The position numbers and the translations under genes were made by a program. From positions 22,630,001 to 22,694,000 of the forward strand of contig OZ024743.1 of NCBI GenBank assembly GCA_964016885.1: a DNA stretch of 64,000 nucleotides, written 5' to 3'. The notes under the pieces were generated by a model. That model searched no databases, was not told the origin of the DNA, and was given only the letters and a program-made list of their open reading frames with translations. Origin of the DNA: Eledone cirrhosa. Taxonomy: Eukaryota. This document shows, piece by piece, positions 13,901 to 28,309 of the stretch (within the stretch, counting starts at the first letter, position 1; each line of letters begins with the position of its first letter).

Positions 13901-14700
13901 CACCTTTAGATCTTATCGCCTTCAGATAATTGTCAGCTATTTCGTTCACCGCTTCCAATTCCAATTTAGTGGGTTCTTTACTGATTCTCGTGTTGTATGG
14001 TCTGTCACTCACATTAAGGCTGTGTATCTCTTGAAACATATCGTCCCATATCACTTGTAAGGTGTCCACAAGTTTTTGGTGTTCTGTTTGTACAGTAGAG
14101 TCATGAATTTCAGCCTCATTGTTGATGTGGTGACAATTACTACTACAGTTAGCTGACCATTCTCGCTGTTCTTCAGTGGAAGTGGGATGGATTTCAGCAA
14201 AATTGTTGGTGAGCTGTTCACTGTTAGATTTAGCTTGCCATTCTCTTTGTCTGTCAGAGAGGTGGGGTGGTTGTCTACAAGGGCTGTATTTGTAGTATCA
14301 CTCAATTCCGTTAGATGTATCAATTTACATCTAATGATACGTTTTGCCTGTTCATTTAAATGCTTTGGGGAAAAGTCTAATTCTGGGTGTTTGGAGTTCC
14401 ATAAAGTTTTTAGCCTTTGCATAAAACCGAACTTTTGGGGTTCAGATTGTTTGTATGCTTCATATAATTCTTTGTTAAGCTCGTAGCTCCACCGTGTACA
14501 ACGGTTGTAGTTGCGATTTGGTCGAATGAGACTTGTACGTTTTGCCATGATGAGTTCGACTATTCACTAATATTTTGTATTTATTTTTCAAAATAGTCGA
14601 TGATCTTCTTTAAAAGTTTCGACAAAGTTCTGTCAGAATCAAATTTAAAGTTATTCACAGCTTGGGTAATATTTCTTTTCAGTTAGTTTTTAATTCTACA
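10979..14700 (-). mobile_element. Near full-length, frameshifted R4/Dong-like RLE LINE, family B copy 2 (ORF start 14548; 5' boundary uncertain)
   Basis: N-terminal RWSYELNKELYEAY..SEP..GFMQRLKTLW, typical of R4/Dong. RT motifs KSPG, DYQKAFDSVPH, QGDSLS, HLFFVDDLKLY; EGGRGL; RHD and nuclease region. Multiple frameshifts. Confidence 0.92.
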
Positions 14701-15227
14701 ACTGTGTTTGAATCGTTTGAATCGACACAAAAAAAAACAACGTTACTTAGTATATTTCTTTATGAATGTAATATAATATAACAACGCTGTATTTATATGT
14801 TAAAGTTTATGTATCATTCATATAAATAGGTGTTCTACAACCTATTCACAACATATTCACAGTTCAAACACTTATTTTTGTTTCTGAATCGAAAACGTTA
14901 CTTGCATATTTCTTTACAAATGTAATATAACAACGTTGCATTTATATATTAAAGTGTATGTATCGTACATATATCATAAGTGTATGTATCGTTCATATAA
15001 ATAGGTGTTTTACAACACACTTACAGTTTAAACACTTATGTAGAATTATTGTATGTAATCTTACTGCGTAATGTTATATGTTTAAAAACATTGCAGCATT
15101 TGACAAATAAGATAAATCTCTGTGCGTGCATACATACATACATACATACATACATACATACATACATACATACATACATACATACGTGCGTGCGTGCATA
15201 CATACATACATACATACATACATACAT

Positions 15228-15802
15228 GGCGGCTGCCAACTCGTTTTCGAGTACGGCCACTACTTTATATCCATGTAGGAGAACCCCTACCGATGCGCTG
15301 AACGAATGTGACTTTTTAGTCCAGCCAGCGACTTGAAAACTCTGGTAGAAACACTTCACTTGTGACAATTATTGACACATAGTGTTGGGCCCATGGTACC
15401 ATGTGACGACAAGTGCAGAGAGATCTCCAGATATAAAGCAATGCCTGTGCCGTGAAGCTTTTACAGTGAGCAAAGGCACTGCACAAAGCCAGTCCCACTC
15501 TCTTAACCAAAATGATATTTACCAAAAAGAAGAACAAGTCAACATCATTGGATACCATCAGAGTTGCAGGTGTTATATCAGAGTTTTCCTTCTCCTAGAA
15601 TTCTGCCTTGACAAAGGCTAAGGGTCATCTCTCCCGGTGATTTTGGATGGCCATTGACTCTTAAGAGCTCCTTTGCCCTTTGACAGGTTTTGTTTTTAGT
15701 CCTGCAGGATGTCCAAAGTCACCCTCCTCACCAAGAAACCTTGGTGGGGTTGCCAGTTTAGTCGCCAACGACCCGACCATGAGACAGGTTGTACTGGGAT
15801 AC
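15228..15802 (-). mobile_element. Bipartite RTE-derived non-autonomous element X, copy 1
   Basis: Reverse complement of 15980-16563; (TATG)n tail. Confidence 0.85.
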
Positions 15803-15967
15803 GTGTGTAATTACGACTTACATGAAGGCAACATATATATTGGAAAACTTTTTCCAATATATGGTATGTTGCCTTCATGTAAACCGTAATTACACACGTC
15901 CGATTATGTATGTATGTATGTATGTATGTATGTATGTATGTATGTATGTATGTATGTATGTATGTAT

Positions 15968-16563
15968 GTTGGTGCTACTGGTAACATGTATCCCAGTACA
16001 ACCTGTCTCATGGTCGGGTCGTTGGCGACTAAACTGGCAACCCCACCAAGGTTTCTTGGTGAGGAGGGTGACTTTGGACATCCTGCAGGACTAAAAACAA
16101 AACCTGTCAAAGGGCAAAGGAGCTCTTAAGAGTCAATGGCCATCCAAAATCACCGGGAGAGATGACCCCTTAGCCTTTGTCAAGGCAGAATTCTAGGAGA
16201 AGGAAAACTCTGATATAACACCTGCAACCTTGATGGTATCCAATGATGTTGACTTGTTCTTCTTTTTGGTAAATATCATCTTGGTTAAGAGAGTGGGACT
16301 GGCTTTGTGCAGTGCCTTTGCTCACTATAAAAGCTTCACGGCACAGGCATTGCTTTATATCTGGAGATCTCTCTGCACTTGTCCTCACATGGTACCATGG
16401 GCCCAGCACTATGTGTCAATAATTGTCACAAGTGTAGTGTTTGTACCAGAGTTTTCAAGTCGCTGGCTGGACTAAAAAGTCACACTCATGCAGCGCTTCG
16501 GTAGGGGTTCTCCTACATGGATATAAAGTAGTGGCCGTACTCGAAAACGAGTTGGCAGCCACC
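15968..16563 (+). mobile_element. Bipartite RTE-derived non-autonomous element X, copy 2
   Basis: RTE-like 5'UTR motif TCTAGGAGAAGGAAAACTCTGA joined to an ORF C-terminus with a C2H2-like finger (CSVCTRVFKSLAGLKSH), a 3' hairpin CTCGAAAACGAG and a (TATG)n tail. Confidence 0.85.
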
Positions 16564-17126
16564 ATGTATGTATGTATGTATGTATGTATGTATGTATGTA
16601 TGTATGCATACACGCACAGAGATTTAACTTATTTGTCAAATGCTGCAATGTTTTTAAACATATAATGATACATTCATTCACAAAGCAGCGAAAGGTCTCA
16701 GTACCAAACACGTGAAGTCGGGCGGTAGTGTGACAAATTATACACATAAATAATCGAAATTCATCGAAATATGATTAGTACATCGAAATTTGATTGTTTG
16801 CCGAAAAAATGCTAAAAGATGCGTTACATATTTTTGCTTATTGATTGTGACACTGCTTCCCGACATTAATCGTTTGGCCAGTTGGAAATATGGAACCCAG
16901 AGTGACGATTAAAACATCGAGATGATGATGATGATGATAAGACGAAAAACAACAACAACAACAATATTGATGATATGTATATACATACATAGACACACAC
17001 ATGCACTTTCACACGGAGGGGCAAGCACACATACACCCACGGGCGCACACACACATAAAAACACATGTACTGCGAAATTCTCGACAATAAATTAAAAAAA
17101 ACCCAAAACTCGAAACTGTAACTGAC

Positions 17127-17252
17127 TTCAATCTCTAATTTCTTGTAGTCTTCCTTCAGACGTAAATTTTCCTCTTCGAGTATTATCATTCTCTCACGTA
17201 GACCAGATATCTGGTCGTTGGCAATTCGCATATGTTTTTGACTTTCCAGCAA
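17127..17252 (-). CDS. Coiled-coil gene, exon 3 (LLESQKHMRIANDQISGLRERMIILEEENLRLKEDYKKLEIE)
   Basis: ttgtAG acceptor, GTcagt donor, 126 nt, phase 0/0, heptad pattern. Confidence 0.9.
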
Positions 17253-17770
17253 CTACAAATTAAAAATAAAAGAAAAAAATCAGTTACTAGTACAAAGATA
17301 ATAAAACGATGCCAAGGCGCTGGTTTTGATTTGTAGTTAGATTTTAAATGGTTCTTACACTAAACATGTTAACATTAATTCATCTATTGTTTTTTGTTGT
17401 TCTGTTTAGCTCCAGGTCATCTATGATCGTGTAGATCAGTCATCAACTATATTCCAGCTTTAACAATTTCATTTACTTTTTGTTTTTCTTTTCTTCAGAT
17501 AGCGTGAATCGATTTTAATTTATTCATTTCATATAGCAGTTAGCGAGAATAGGATCGCTGTTTATAAACTTGAAGAGTTCTTGGTAACATGATGCAGAAC
17601 AAATACTATGAGGGATTTTCTTCCAAAACCGACCCGGGTCTTAGTTTTCTTCTCATTGATTATATTCTTCGCTATTATAATCCAGAGAAAGATACATTCT
17701 CAAAGACAGGCATACCAAACTCCCCCTCTCCCACCCCATTAAACTTAAGTACCTGTTTATGCCACTGTTG

Positions 17771-17835
<65 letters not shown>

Positions 17836-18007
17836 GGAATAGAATGAAACGAAATTTCATGTCTCACTCTTAGTACGGCAGTTACTTAAATGTAAGTATG
17901 TATGTATACGTACATACATATATGTATACTGACGTACAGTAGTATGTATATATATATACATACTACTGTACGTCTGTATACATATATGTATGTAGGTATA
18001 CATACAA

Positions 18008-18086
<79 letters not shown>

Positions 18087-18104
18087 CACATATATATATA
18101 TATA

Positions 18105-18147
<43 letters not shown>

Positions 18148-18440
18148 AGATACAATCCGGACCGTGGCGCCAAGTGGTTTCGGCTTGCTGAATACACAAG
18201 TCGAAAACGCTTGGTGCCGCGCTTTGAATTTTACTTATCTCTATACCCAATCTGCATCTCCCCATGCATTGAGTACTTCTATGATTAGTGGACACCTCGT
18301 TCTCAGCACCACAGACTTTCTCTCTCTTCTTCTTCTTCTTCTTCTTCTTCTTCTTCTTCTTCTTCTTCTTCTTCTTCTTCTTCATATATATATATTTTAA
18401 TTAAACATACAGAATATTATCAAATATACTATACATACAG

Positions 18441-18525
<85 letters not shown>

Positions 18526-18742
18526 TTAGAAAGATCGAGTATCGAAAAATCGGCGCACGAGTGCACGATAAACGAGATTCGACATGAGCGGCAGAGGGCT
18601 CAATAATTCAGATGAATCAGAGCTATAACTATCGTTAAAATACCGTCACATATAGAACAAGTCTACAATCAACCATACGATTTAAAATCGATAGAGGAAG
18701 ATTCGGGACAAACAGATAAAAAATATCAATAAAACAATACGT

Positions 18743-18783
<41 letters not shown>

Positions 18784-18924
18784 GTGTGTGTGTGTGTGTG
18801 TGTTTGTGTGTATATTAATATATATATATATATATATGCAAAAGTTTTATTTAAAATTGTTGGGTTACAACAAGTAAATATTTTATAACTGATATAAAGC
18901 ACTCAACAAGTTTTGGAGTAGATA

Positions 18925-20830
<1,906 letters not shown>

Positions 20831-20861
20831 ATGTGTGTTTGTGTGTATGCTTGTATATTAC

Positions 20862-21032
20862 CTCCTCTTGTAAAAGTTCTTTTTCTCTCAAATGTAATTT
20901 GGCATCATCTGAGAGCCCTGTTGATACGATATCTGTGGAGATTAATTTTAGTTTCTTCTCGGATGCCAACAGTTTGGATCGTTCCTCAGCCAAAAGCGTC
21001 TCTAAACAACCAATGCGCTTGCGAAACTGTTT
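20862..21032 (-). CDS. Coiled-coil gene, exon 2 (KQFRKRIGCLETLLAEERSKLLASEKKLKL...EKELLQEE)
   Basis: ttttcAG acceptor, GTaata donor, 171 nt, phase 0/0. Confidence 0.9.
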
Positions 21033-21354
21033 CTGAAAAATATGAACATAATAGAAAAATCGCATCAAATAAAGGAAGACAATTGATTATATCAATTAAT
21101 TTATAAATCGAACTAATAAGTCAATAAAGTAATAAATTGATTAATCAATGCATCCAATTATTGTATTTAGAAACTCCTCCCCCATTCCATATATAAATAT
21201 TGGTTGCCAAGAGATGAAGGGGGGGGGGGGGCACTTACATATAGAATGCTTTCATTTATTTTTATAATGAATAAATAACATTTTCGAAAAATACATGTGG
21301 AAACAAAGCAGTGCAATCAAATTTTTGCGAAATCCAGATTCTTTCGATAATGAT

Positions 21355-21812
21355 CAAAAGTCGACCCTAAATATTACTAATAGCTCTAGGAAAGCCATGA
21401 ACGACAACACATCTTTATAACTTTGATTTTGAAAGTAGGTTTATAATTATCAATTTTCGTTAGATTTCTGTAGTGGTCTCGGTGGCCTAATTGGATGATT
21501 CATAGACGTTGGCGATCCTGGTCTGTAGTTCGATCCTGGTCGGGAGTAGGGTTCCCGGTAAACATTTTCAGTTTTTTTCTATTGGTGGTAAAATAAAAAC
21601 TGAAAAAGGTTACATATACCTCTTGACAGGGATTGAACCCAAAGCCAGGATCTCCATAGTCTCTAGCACCTACCGCTAGGCCACAGAGACAACTTAGAAA
21701 ATCTTGTGAAAATTCTTACTTAAAAACCTACTTTCAAAATTTACAAAACAAAGTGCTGTGGTGTCGTTCATGCCTTTCTTAATGTTATTGCTCCTACTTA
21801 AGGTCGGCTTCT
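21355..21812. repeat. Imperfect 460-bp fold-back with a tRNA-like head in each arm
   Basis: Arms pair (CATGAACGACA/TGTCGTTCATG; TTTTGAAAGTAGGTTT/AAACCTACTTTCAAAA). TGGCCTA..GG and GTTCRATCC boxes point inward on both strands. Confidence 0.65.
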
Positions 21813-21987
21813 AAATCGTTTGGGTGTTCCATAAACTACATCCTCGTTTTGTTCCACATCTATCTAGACTATATTTTAACCCGTAATCATGTTTCATTTC
21901 TGTTCTACCTCATTTCTCTCTCTCCCCCCCTCTCTTTCTCTCTCTCTGTGATATTTGTGTTTTTCCATGTCAGTTAGGTTCAATATA

Positions 21988-22956
21988 AAGTGGCGGACTA
22001 TGTCTAAAAATATTGGTCGCCAGATGAAGGGGGCCCACCAAAATATAGAATTGTATCATTTAATTTTTATAATGAATAAATAACATTTTTTTTTAAATAC
22101 ATAAGTGGAAACAAAACAGTGCAATCAAATTTTTGTGGAAAAATATATTACCTTCTGCAATAAAATATATTGTGTATTTTGCGAAATCCAGAGACTTTCA
22201 ATAATTGTTTCTACTTTTGGCACAAGGCCAGCAATTATCCCAGTGCATTACTGCTACTTTATTTTATCGACCCCGTAAGGATGAAAGGCAAAGTTAACCT
22301 CGGCGGGATTTGAACTCAGAATGGCAAGGGCCGTAACTCTATGCGTCAAAGCATGGTGTCCGACCCTCTACCAATACTGCCAAAATGACCTTTAGTCTTT
22401 CACACTCACCTTAACACGCAGGATTAAAATTGTTTTTAAAAAAACTAATTAACCCACTTGTATATTATTTTACTTTCTTGTGTTTCGCGATTGCCTCCTT
22501 TCTCCGCTTCGTGACGCTGTGAAATTCCTCAGTCTAAGACTGCTGGAATTTCAAATTTGGCGGTCATTATGATGCGTGAAGGGACGACTTAGCTGACACG
22601 AAAAATAACTACGGTAAGAAATTTTTTCTTATATCAAAGTTTGAAGGGCATCCACTGATGATTTATAAGTGCCCACCTGCATATGTTCTTTCAGAAAATT
22701 ATGTAGGCTTCTACATAAACCGGATACATTCTCCCAACTTGTAGAAAACTTATAATGAAACAATTGTTTGGAAAGAGAGATATATTTTAATTTTAATTAT
22801 ATCTCATATAAAATAATACAACTGGCTTTCCACAAAATACATATAGTTAGCACCCCAAACACAAAATTGGGATTATACTAAAGTATATCCTAATGTTTGT
22901 TGAGTGAGATGGTAGCCAGTCAGAGTTTAGCTTAAAGCTATCTCTGTTATTGTATT

Positions 22957-23025
<69 letters not shown>

Positions 23026-23504
23026 GTGTGTGTGTGTGTGTGTGTGTGTGCGTGTGTGTGCGTGTATATATATATATATATATATATACTACCTTCACCA
23101 CTAATTGATTTGACAGATGTCTTCAACCCATTGATACCAAATATTATTTGGTCAGTAGTTCGTGTGTAAGTATATAAACATATAAATATATATATGCTTG
23201 TGTGTCTGTGTCTATATATGTATGTTTGCATGCATGAATGAATACACTAAGCTTTAGATTTAGTAGAATATAAAACCAATGATTGCAGCTATTTGCACCA
23301 TCTTATATTTTGGTTTCTAGTAATTCCCTGGGGAATTGATTGACGAAATCCTTTGCTTAATTGTTTTATTTACTTTTTAAAAACTTTTATTCTTTCTCTT
23401 AGCTTTCCGGTATTTTTTTTAAAGCAAAGCATTGGCCCCTAAAATACTAAAGTGGGCCCTGCAATGTTACTGGACAACCTGGCAACCTGGCCAGTCCGCC
23501 ACTG
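21988..23504. mobile_element. Putative non-autonomous hAT-like DNA transposon with a nested SINE
   Basis: Terminal inverted repeats AGTGGCGGACT (21989) / AGTCCGCCACT (23493) in TATA context. Confidence 0.5.
22201..22382 (-). mobile_element. tRNA-derived SINE
   Basis: Reverse complement of 5313-5497. Confidence 0.85.
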
Positions 23505-23506
23505 TA

Positions 23507-23580
<74 letters not shown>

Positions 23581-23704
23581 GAGTCATATATGACTCCAGT
23601 TCCCCAGTGAATTAACAACCCAACAAGGAACTGGGCATATCAGAGTATTGACAATATCATACACCTAAACAACATATGTACTTGTCTATACCATACTAAT
23701 TCAA

Positions 23705-23759
23705 ACTGCCTGAAGAGGTCACAGCCAAAGATGGCTGTCACTGAAATATATATAGCAGT
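23705..23759 (+). ncRNA. Type I minimal hammerhead ribozyme
   Basis: ACTGC-CTGAAGA-stem II (ACAGCC/GGCTGT)-GAAA-TATATA-TA-GCAGT; palindromic stem III loop. Confidence 0.8.
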
Positions 23760-24063
23760 AATAAACGAAGCTAAATTTTAATCATTTGACTTTTATTTAA
23801 CTTTATTTTACACTGCTCCGGAGTAACCAAACCAACCTGCGCACTTCGTCGAGTGCTCCAGCCTGCATACTGAGGTGTTGGTATACAACCAACATAAACT
23901 CAAAATCTATGTATATATATATATATGTATATAGGAAAAGAGTCCGGCCGTTTCGACAACCGTCGGGGTTCTGACTCTTTTCCTTTTACCCACTCTACTA
24001 CCCTAAATATCGAGTACTCTGGTACGTTATGGTCCACCTAGTATCTTACCACACCCTGTTTGT

Positions 24064-24156
<93 letters not shown>

Positions 24157-24315
24157 ACAGCGGTGGCTAGTTTGACCTACCTCCTTTTGCCTCTATCTTT
24201 GCTACGGCCCTTGATAAACCTGTTCTACATCATCCACTCTCATCCCAGGAACAGTTTTTGATAGCGCTAGTTTGTGATTTAAATTCAGGAATTTTATATT
24301 CTTTGAATGAAAAGA

Positions 24316-24399
24316 ACCTTCTGACGAGAATCTCTCTTTGCAACGAAGGCCGTATGGTCTCCGTTTTATTTTTGGGATTCGAAACCGATCGGTAAAGGT
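24316..24399 (+). ncRNA. Type I hammerhead ribozyme (copy 1; predicted cut after GUA at 24394)
   Basis: ACCTT-CTGACGA-GAATCTC...GGGATTC-GAAA-CCGATCGG-TA-AAGGT. Confidence 0.88.
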
Positions 24400-24798
24400 A
24401 ACTATAGTAGGTAAAGTCAATTTTTTAAAATTTATTTTGAAACTTTTTCATTATTTACTAAACCTTGTTTATATTTGTTCTGGCTCGTTAATTTATTAAC
24501 CCGCCATTGAACCACATTGGCACTTGGTTGGACAATACATGCGTACCTTGGCGCCTTGTGCGTGAAGGGACGTATTTCATATTACTACTACCTCCACTAA
24601 CGTTGAGAACAAACCGGGTCATTCCGACTGCTGCTGGCAACAGCGGTGGCTAGTTTGACCTACCTCCTTTTGCCTCTATCTTTGCTACGGCCCTTGATAA
24701 ACCTGTTCTACATCATCCACTCTCATCCCAGGAACAGTTTTTGATAGCGCTAGTTTGTGATTTAAATTCAGGAATTTTATATTCTTTGAATGAAAAGA

Positions 24799-24882
24799 AC
24801 CTTCTGACGAGAATCTCTCTTTGCAACGAAGGCCGTATGGTCTCCGTTTTATTTTTGGGATTCGAAACCGATCGGTAAAGGT
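24799..24882 (+). ncRNA. Type I hammerhead ribozyme (copy 2; predicted cut after 24877)
   Basis: Identical to 24316-24399. Confidence 0.88.
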
Positions 24883-25519
24883 AACTATAGTAGGTAAAGT
24901 CAATTTTTTAAAATTTATTTTGAAACTTTTTCATTATTTACTAAACCTTGTTTATATATATATATATATGTATATTTGTTTATGTTTCATCAATCACAGT
25001 GTCTTATTTAAAAAGTGACTGTGTACAAGGACAGCTAACAAATAGGTAAACTGAAAATGATCATAGATTACTAAATTACTGAAAATTCGAGGATTTGAGA
25101 CACAGACATGGGATAAATGAAAGAGGAAGTTTGCAAAATAAGGAAATGAAACCAACTGGGAAGAGTGTATAAGGAAGAAGACAAACGTAATAGAAAGAAT
25201 ACACTAAGAGCGGATAAAGAAAATTAAAGAGTAAAGAAAGCAAAAGCTGGAGGGAAACACGACAGAGAATATAACAAGAAAGAGAAAAATTAAGAGAAAG
25301 AGCGAGAAGGTGGGACGTTGAAGAGAAAAGTAAAAGGATGCAGGTGAAAGAAAAGAAAGGAAATGAAAATGAGAGGAAGGTGGGAAGAGATCGAAGGAAT
25401 GATACTAAAGTGAAATAGAAAGGAAAGCGAAAAGGTGAGAAAGAAAGGCAGAGAGAAAATGAAAGAAAGGAGATTAGAAAAGATGAGGAAAGGGAATGGG
25501 ATGTTTGATAAAAAAGAGA

Positions 25520-25730
25520 GAACGTGAGAAAAATGGAGGGTTGCTGGAGAAAAAGGTGAGAACGTAGTTGATGTAAGGTGGAGGGAAGGAAAGAAAAATG
25601 GAGGGTTGCTGGAGAAAAAGGTGAGAACGTAGTTGATGTAAGGTGGAGGGAAGGAAAGAAAAATGGAGGGTTACTGGAGAAAAGGGTGAGAACGTAGTTG
25701 ATGTAAGGTGGAGGGAAGGAAAGAAAAAAG
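25520..25730. repeat. 65-bp tandem repeat, about 3 units, within a ~1-kb purine-rich tract
   Basis: GAGAACGTAGTTGATGTAAGGTGGAGGGAAGG recurs at 25558, 25623 and 25688. Confidence 0.9.
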
Positions 25731-25914
25731 ATAGTGAAAGAAGAGAGAAAAGTAGAATGAAGTGAAAAGTTAGGAAAAAGAAGAAAACGAGGACAAGATT
25801 AAAAAGCAGAAGAGAAAAGAAAGGAGAAAATAGGATAAAGCAGGGCGGGGGAATAATAAAGAGAAAGCAGATGAAGAGAAAATGAAGGAGGAAGGAGCGG
25901 AATAAATTGAGAGA

Positions 25915-26002
<88 letters not shown>

Positions 26003-26500
26003 AGAATGAAAGGAGAAAGATAGTGAAATATAGAGGAGAGAAAGAGAAAGAGAAAGCGAGAGAGAGCAGGGAGATCTTTGAAGAGAAAGTGAGAGAAAAT
26101 GAGAGAAAGAAGGGAACAAGAAGAGAAAAATGAGCTGGTGAGAACATAGGACAATGAAGAAAATATAGAACATGCAAATTCTTGCTGAGACGTCATTATT
26201 TTCTTCTATGACTGAAGGTTGGATTTGAATATAGAACATAGATCCGAAACAGACACTGAAACGCATCCTGTCCAACTCTTATCAACTCTCCTAATCCACT
26301 GACCCTGGACTGGTACTTTGTTTAACCACCCAGAAAGAATGAAAGGTTAAGTTGACTTCAATGGGGTTTGAACTCAGAATGCAGAGAGTTGGAATAAATA
26401 CCGAGGTATTTAATCCGACTTGCCACGATTCTCTCAGTTTGCCGCTTTATAAGCGAGAAGGTGGCATGTAAAACGAAAAGGTAAAAAAAGTATTACTAAC

Positions 26501-26892
26501 TTCCCAGTCCTTATCAATAATGACTTCATCTTCTCCCGGTATATTTTCAGTGCCTCCTGGTGAACGTGGGACTGTAAATACTTCGTCACTGCCAAGACTT
26601 GAGTCACTGAGAGCACTGATATTAGAAGTACTGCGTACTGAGTGTGTTGAAGAAGAGCATCGGAACTTTTCTAGTTCATTCTCAGCTTCGTCAGCTCGTT
26701 CTTTAACAATGTCAAGTAAATTTGAAAGCACGCTGTATTTCTCCTGTAAAGATTGAAGTTCTTCCAATAATTCATCTTCTTTTTTGAGAGACTCTTCTTT
26801 AATCGTGGATAACTCCTCTGTAAGCTGTTTGACCTCTAAGTCAAGTTCAATGTTCTTTTCTTCAACATCTTGAAGTTTCTTTGCTTGTTCAT
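26501..26892 (-). CDS. Coiled-coil gene, first exon seen (xEQAKKLQDVEEKNIELDLEVKQL...SSSTHSVRSTSNIS...DKDWE)
   Basis: tttattttAG-type acceptor (phase 1), GTtagt donor (phase 0), 392 nt. Glu/Lys/Leu heptads followed by a Ser-rich linker. Upstream exons not identified. Confidence 0.9.
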
Positions 26893-26957
26893 CTAAATAA
26901 ATACATAAAAATATAAGTAATAATTTAAAAAATGTAATACAATAGGGAAATACAATA

Positions 26958-26990
<33 letters not shown>

Positions 26991-27036
26991 GTATATATAT
27001 ATATAGTAATAATAATAAATATATATATATATGTGA

Positions 27037-27155
27037 AGGCGCGTGGCTGAGTGGTTAGAGAATTGGATTCGCAATCGTAAGGTTGTGAGTTCGATTCCTG
27101 GACCAGGTGATGCGTTATGTCCTTGAGCAAGACACTTTATTTCACGTTGCTCCTT
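27037..27155 (+). mobile_element. tRNA-derived CORE-type SINE head (second family)
   Basis: GTGGCTGAGTGG A box, GAGTTCGATTCC B box, then CORE-like GTCCTTGAGCAAGACACTT. Confidence 0.75.
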
Positions 27156-27284
27156 CTACCTGGAGTTGCGACCGAAAGATAGTATTAGCAATTGGAAAGA
27201 CCAACGGAAACATTGTTCCCTCGGTCCGATTTGACGAAAGTCGATCGTTAAAAAAAAAAAAAAATATATATAGTAATAATAATA

Positions 27285-27286
<2 letters not shown>

Positions 27287-27315
<29 letters not shown>

Positions 27316-27611
27316 TGTATGTATGTATGTATGTATGTATGTATGTATGTATGTATGTATGTATGTATGTATGTATGTATGTATGTATGTATGTATGTAT
27401 GTATGTATGTATGTATGTATGTATGTATGTATGTATGTATGTATGTATGTATGTATGTATGTATGTATGTATGTATGTATGTATGTATGTATGTATGTAT
27501 GTATGTATGTATGTATGTATGTATGTATGTATGTATGTATGTATGTATGTATGTATGTATGTATGTATGTATGTATGTATGTATGTATGTATGTATGTAT
27601 GTATGTATGTA
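27287..27611. repeat. Long (TATG)n microsatellite
   Basis: Pure repeat of about 325 bp. Confidence 0.98.
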
Positions 27612-27615
27612 TTAT

Positions 27616-28224
27616 GTCAGGTCACCAGTTGGTGCTACTGGTAACATGTATCCCAGTACAACCTGTCTCATGGTCGGGTTGTTGGCGACTAAACTGGCAA
27701 CCCCACCAAGGTTTCTTGGTGAGGAGGGTGACTTTGGACATCCTGCAGGACTAAAAAACAAAACCTGTCAAAGGGCAAAGGAGCTCTTAAGAGTCAATGG
27801 CCATCCAAAATCACCGGGAGAGATGATCCCTTAGCCTTTGTCAAGGCAGAATTCTAGGAGAAGGAAAACTCTGATATAACACCTGCAACTCTGATGGTAT
27901 CCAATGATGTTGACTTGTTCTTCTTTTTGGTAAATATCATCTTGGTCAAGAGAGTGGGACTGGCTTTGTGCACTGCCTTTGCTCACTATAAAAGCTTCAT
28001 GGCACAGGCATTGCTTTATATCTGGAGATCTCTCTGCACTTGTTGTCACATGGTACCATGGGCCCAGCACTATGTGTCAATGATTATCACAAGTGTAATG
28101 TTTGTACCAGAGTTTTCAAGTCGCTGGCTGGACTAAAAAGTCACACACGTTCAGCGCATCGGTAGGGGTTCTCCTACATGAATATAAAGTAGTGGCCGTG
28201 CTCGAAAACGAGTTGGCAGCCACC
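27616..28224 (+). mobile_element. Bipartite RTE-derived element X, copy 3 (longest 5' end)
   Basis: Near-identical to 15968-16563; intact C2H2 finger CNVCTRVFKSLAGLKSHTRSAH* at 28094-28165; (TATG)n on both sides. Confidence 0.85.
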
Positions 28225-28275
28225 ATGTATGTATGTATGTATGTATGTATGTATGTATGTATGTATGTATGTATG

Positions 28276-28309
<34 letters not shown>

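Larger units (their letters stand above)
24153..24957 (+). mobile_element. Retrozyme-like element: 1.67 tandem copies of a 483-nt hammerhead-containing unit in (TA)n
   Basis: 24153-24474 equals 24636-24957 (offset 483); each copy carries a hammerhead; no credible ORF. Confidence 0.8.

Noticed and set aside
24202-24420. Duplicated 72-aa ORF (also 24685-24903)
   Set aside because: Non-ATG start, antisense to the hammerhead, no recognisable domain.
27037-27110. tRNA gene
   Set aside because: No full cloverleaf; it continues into a SINE core.
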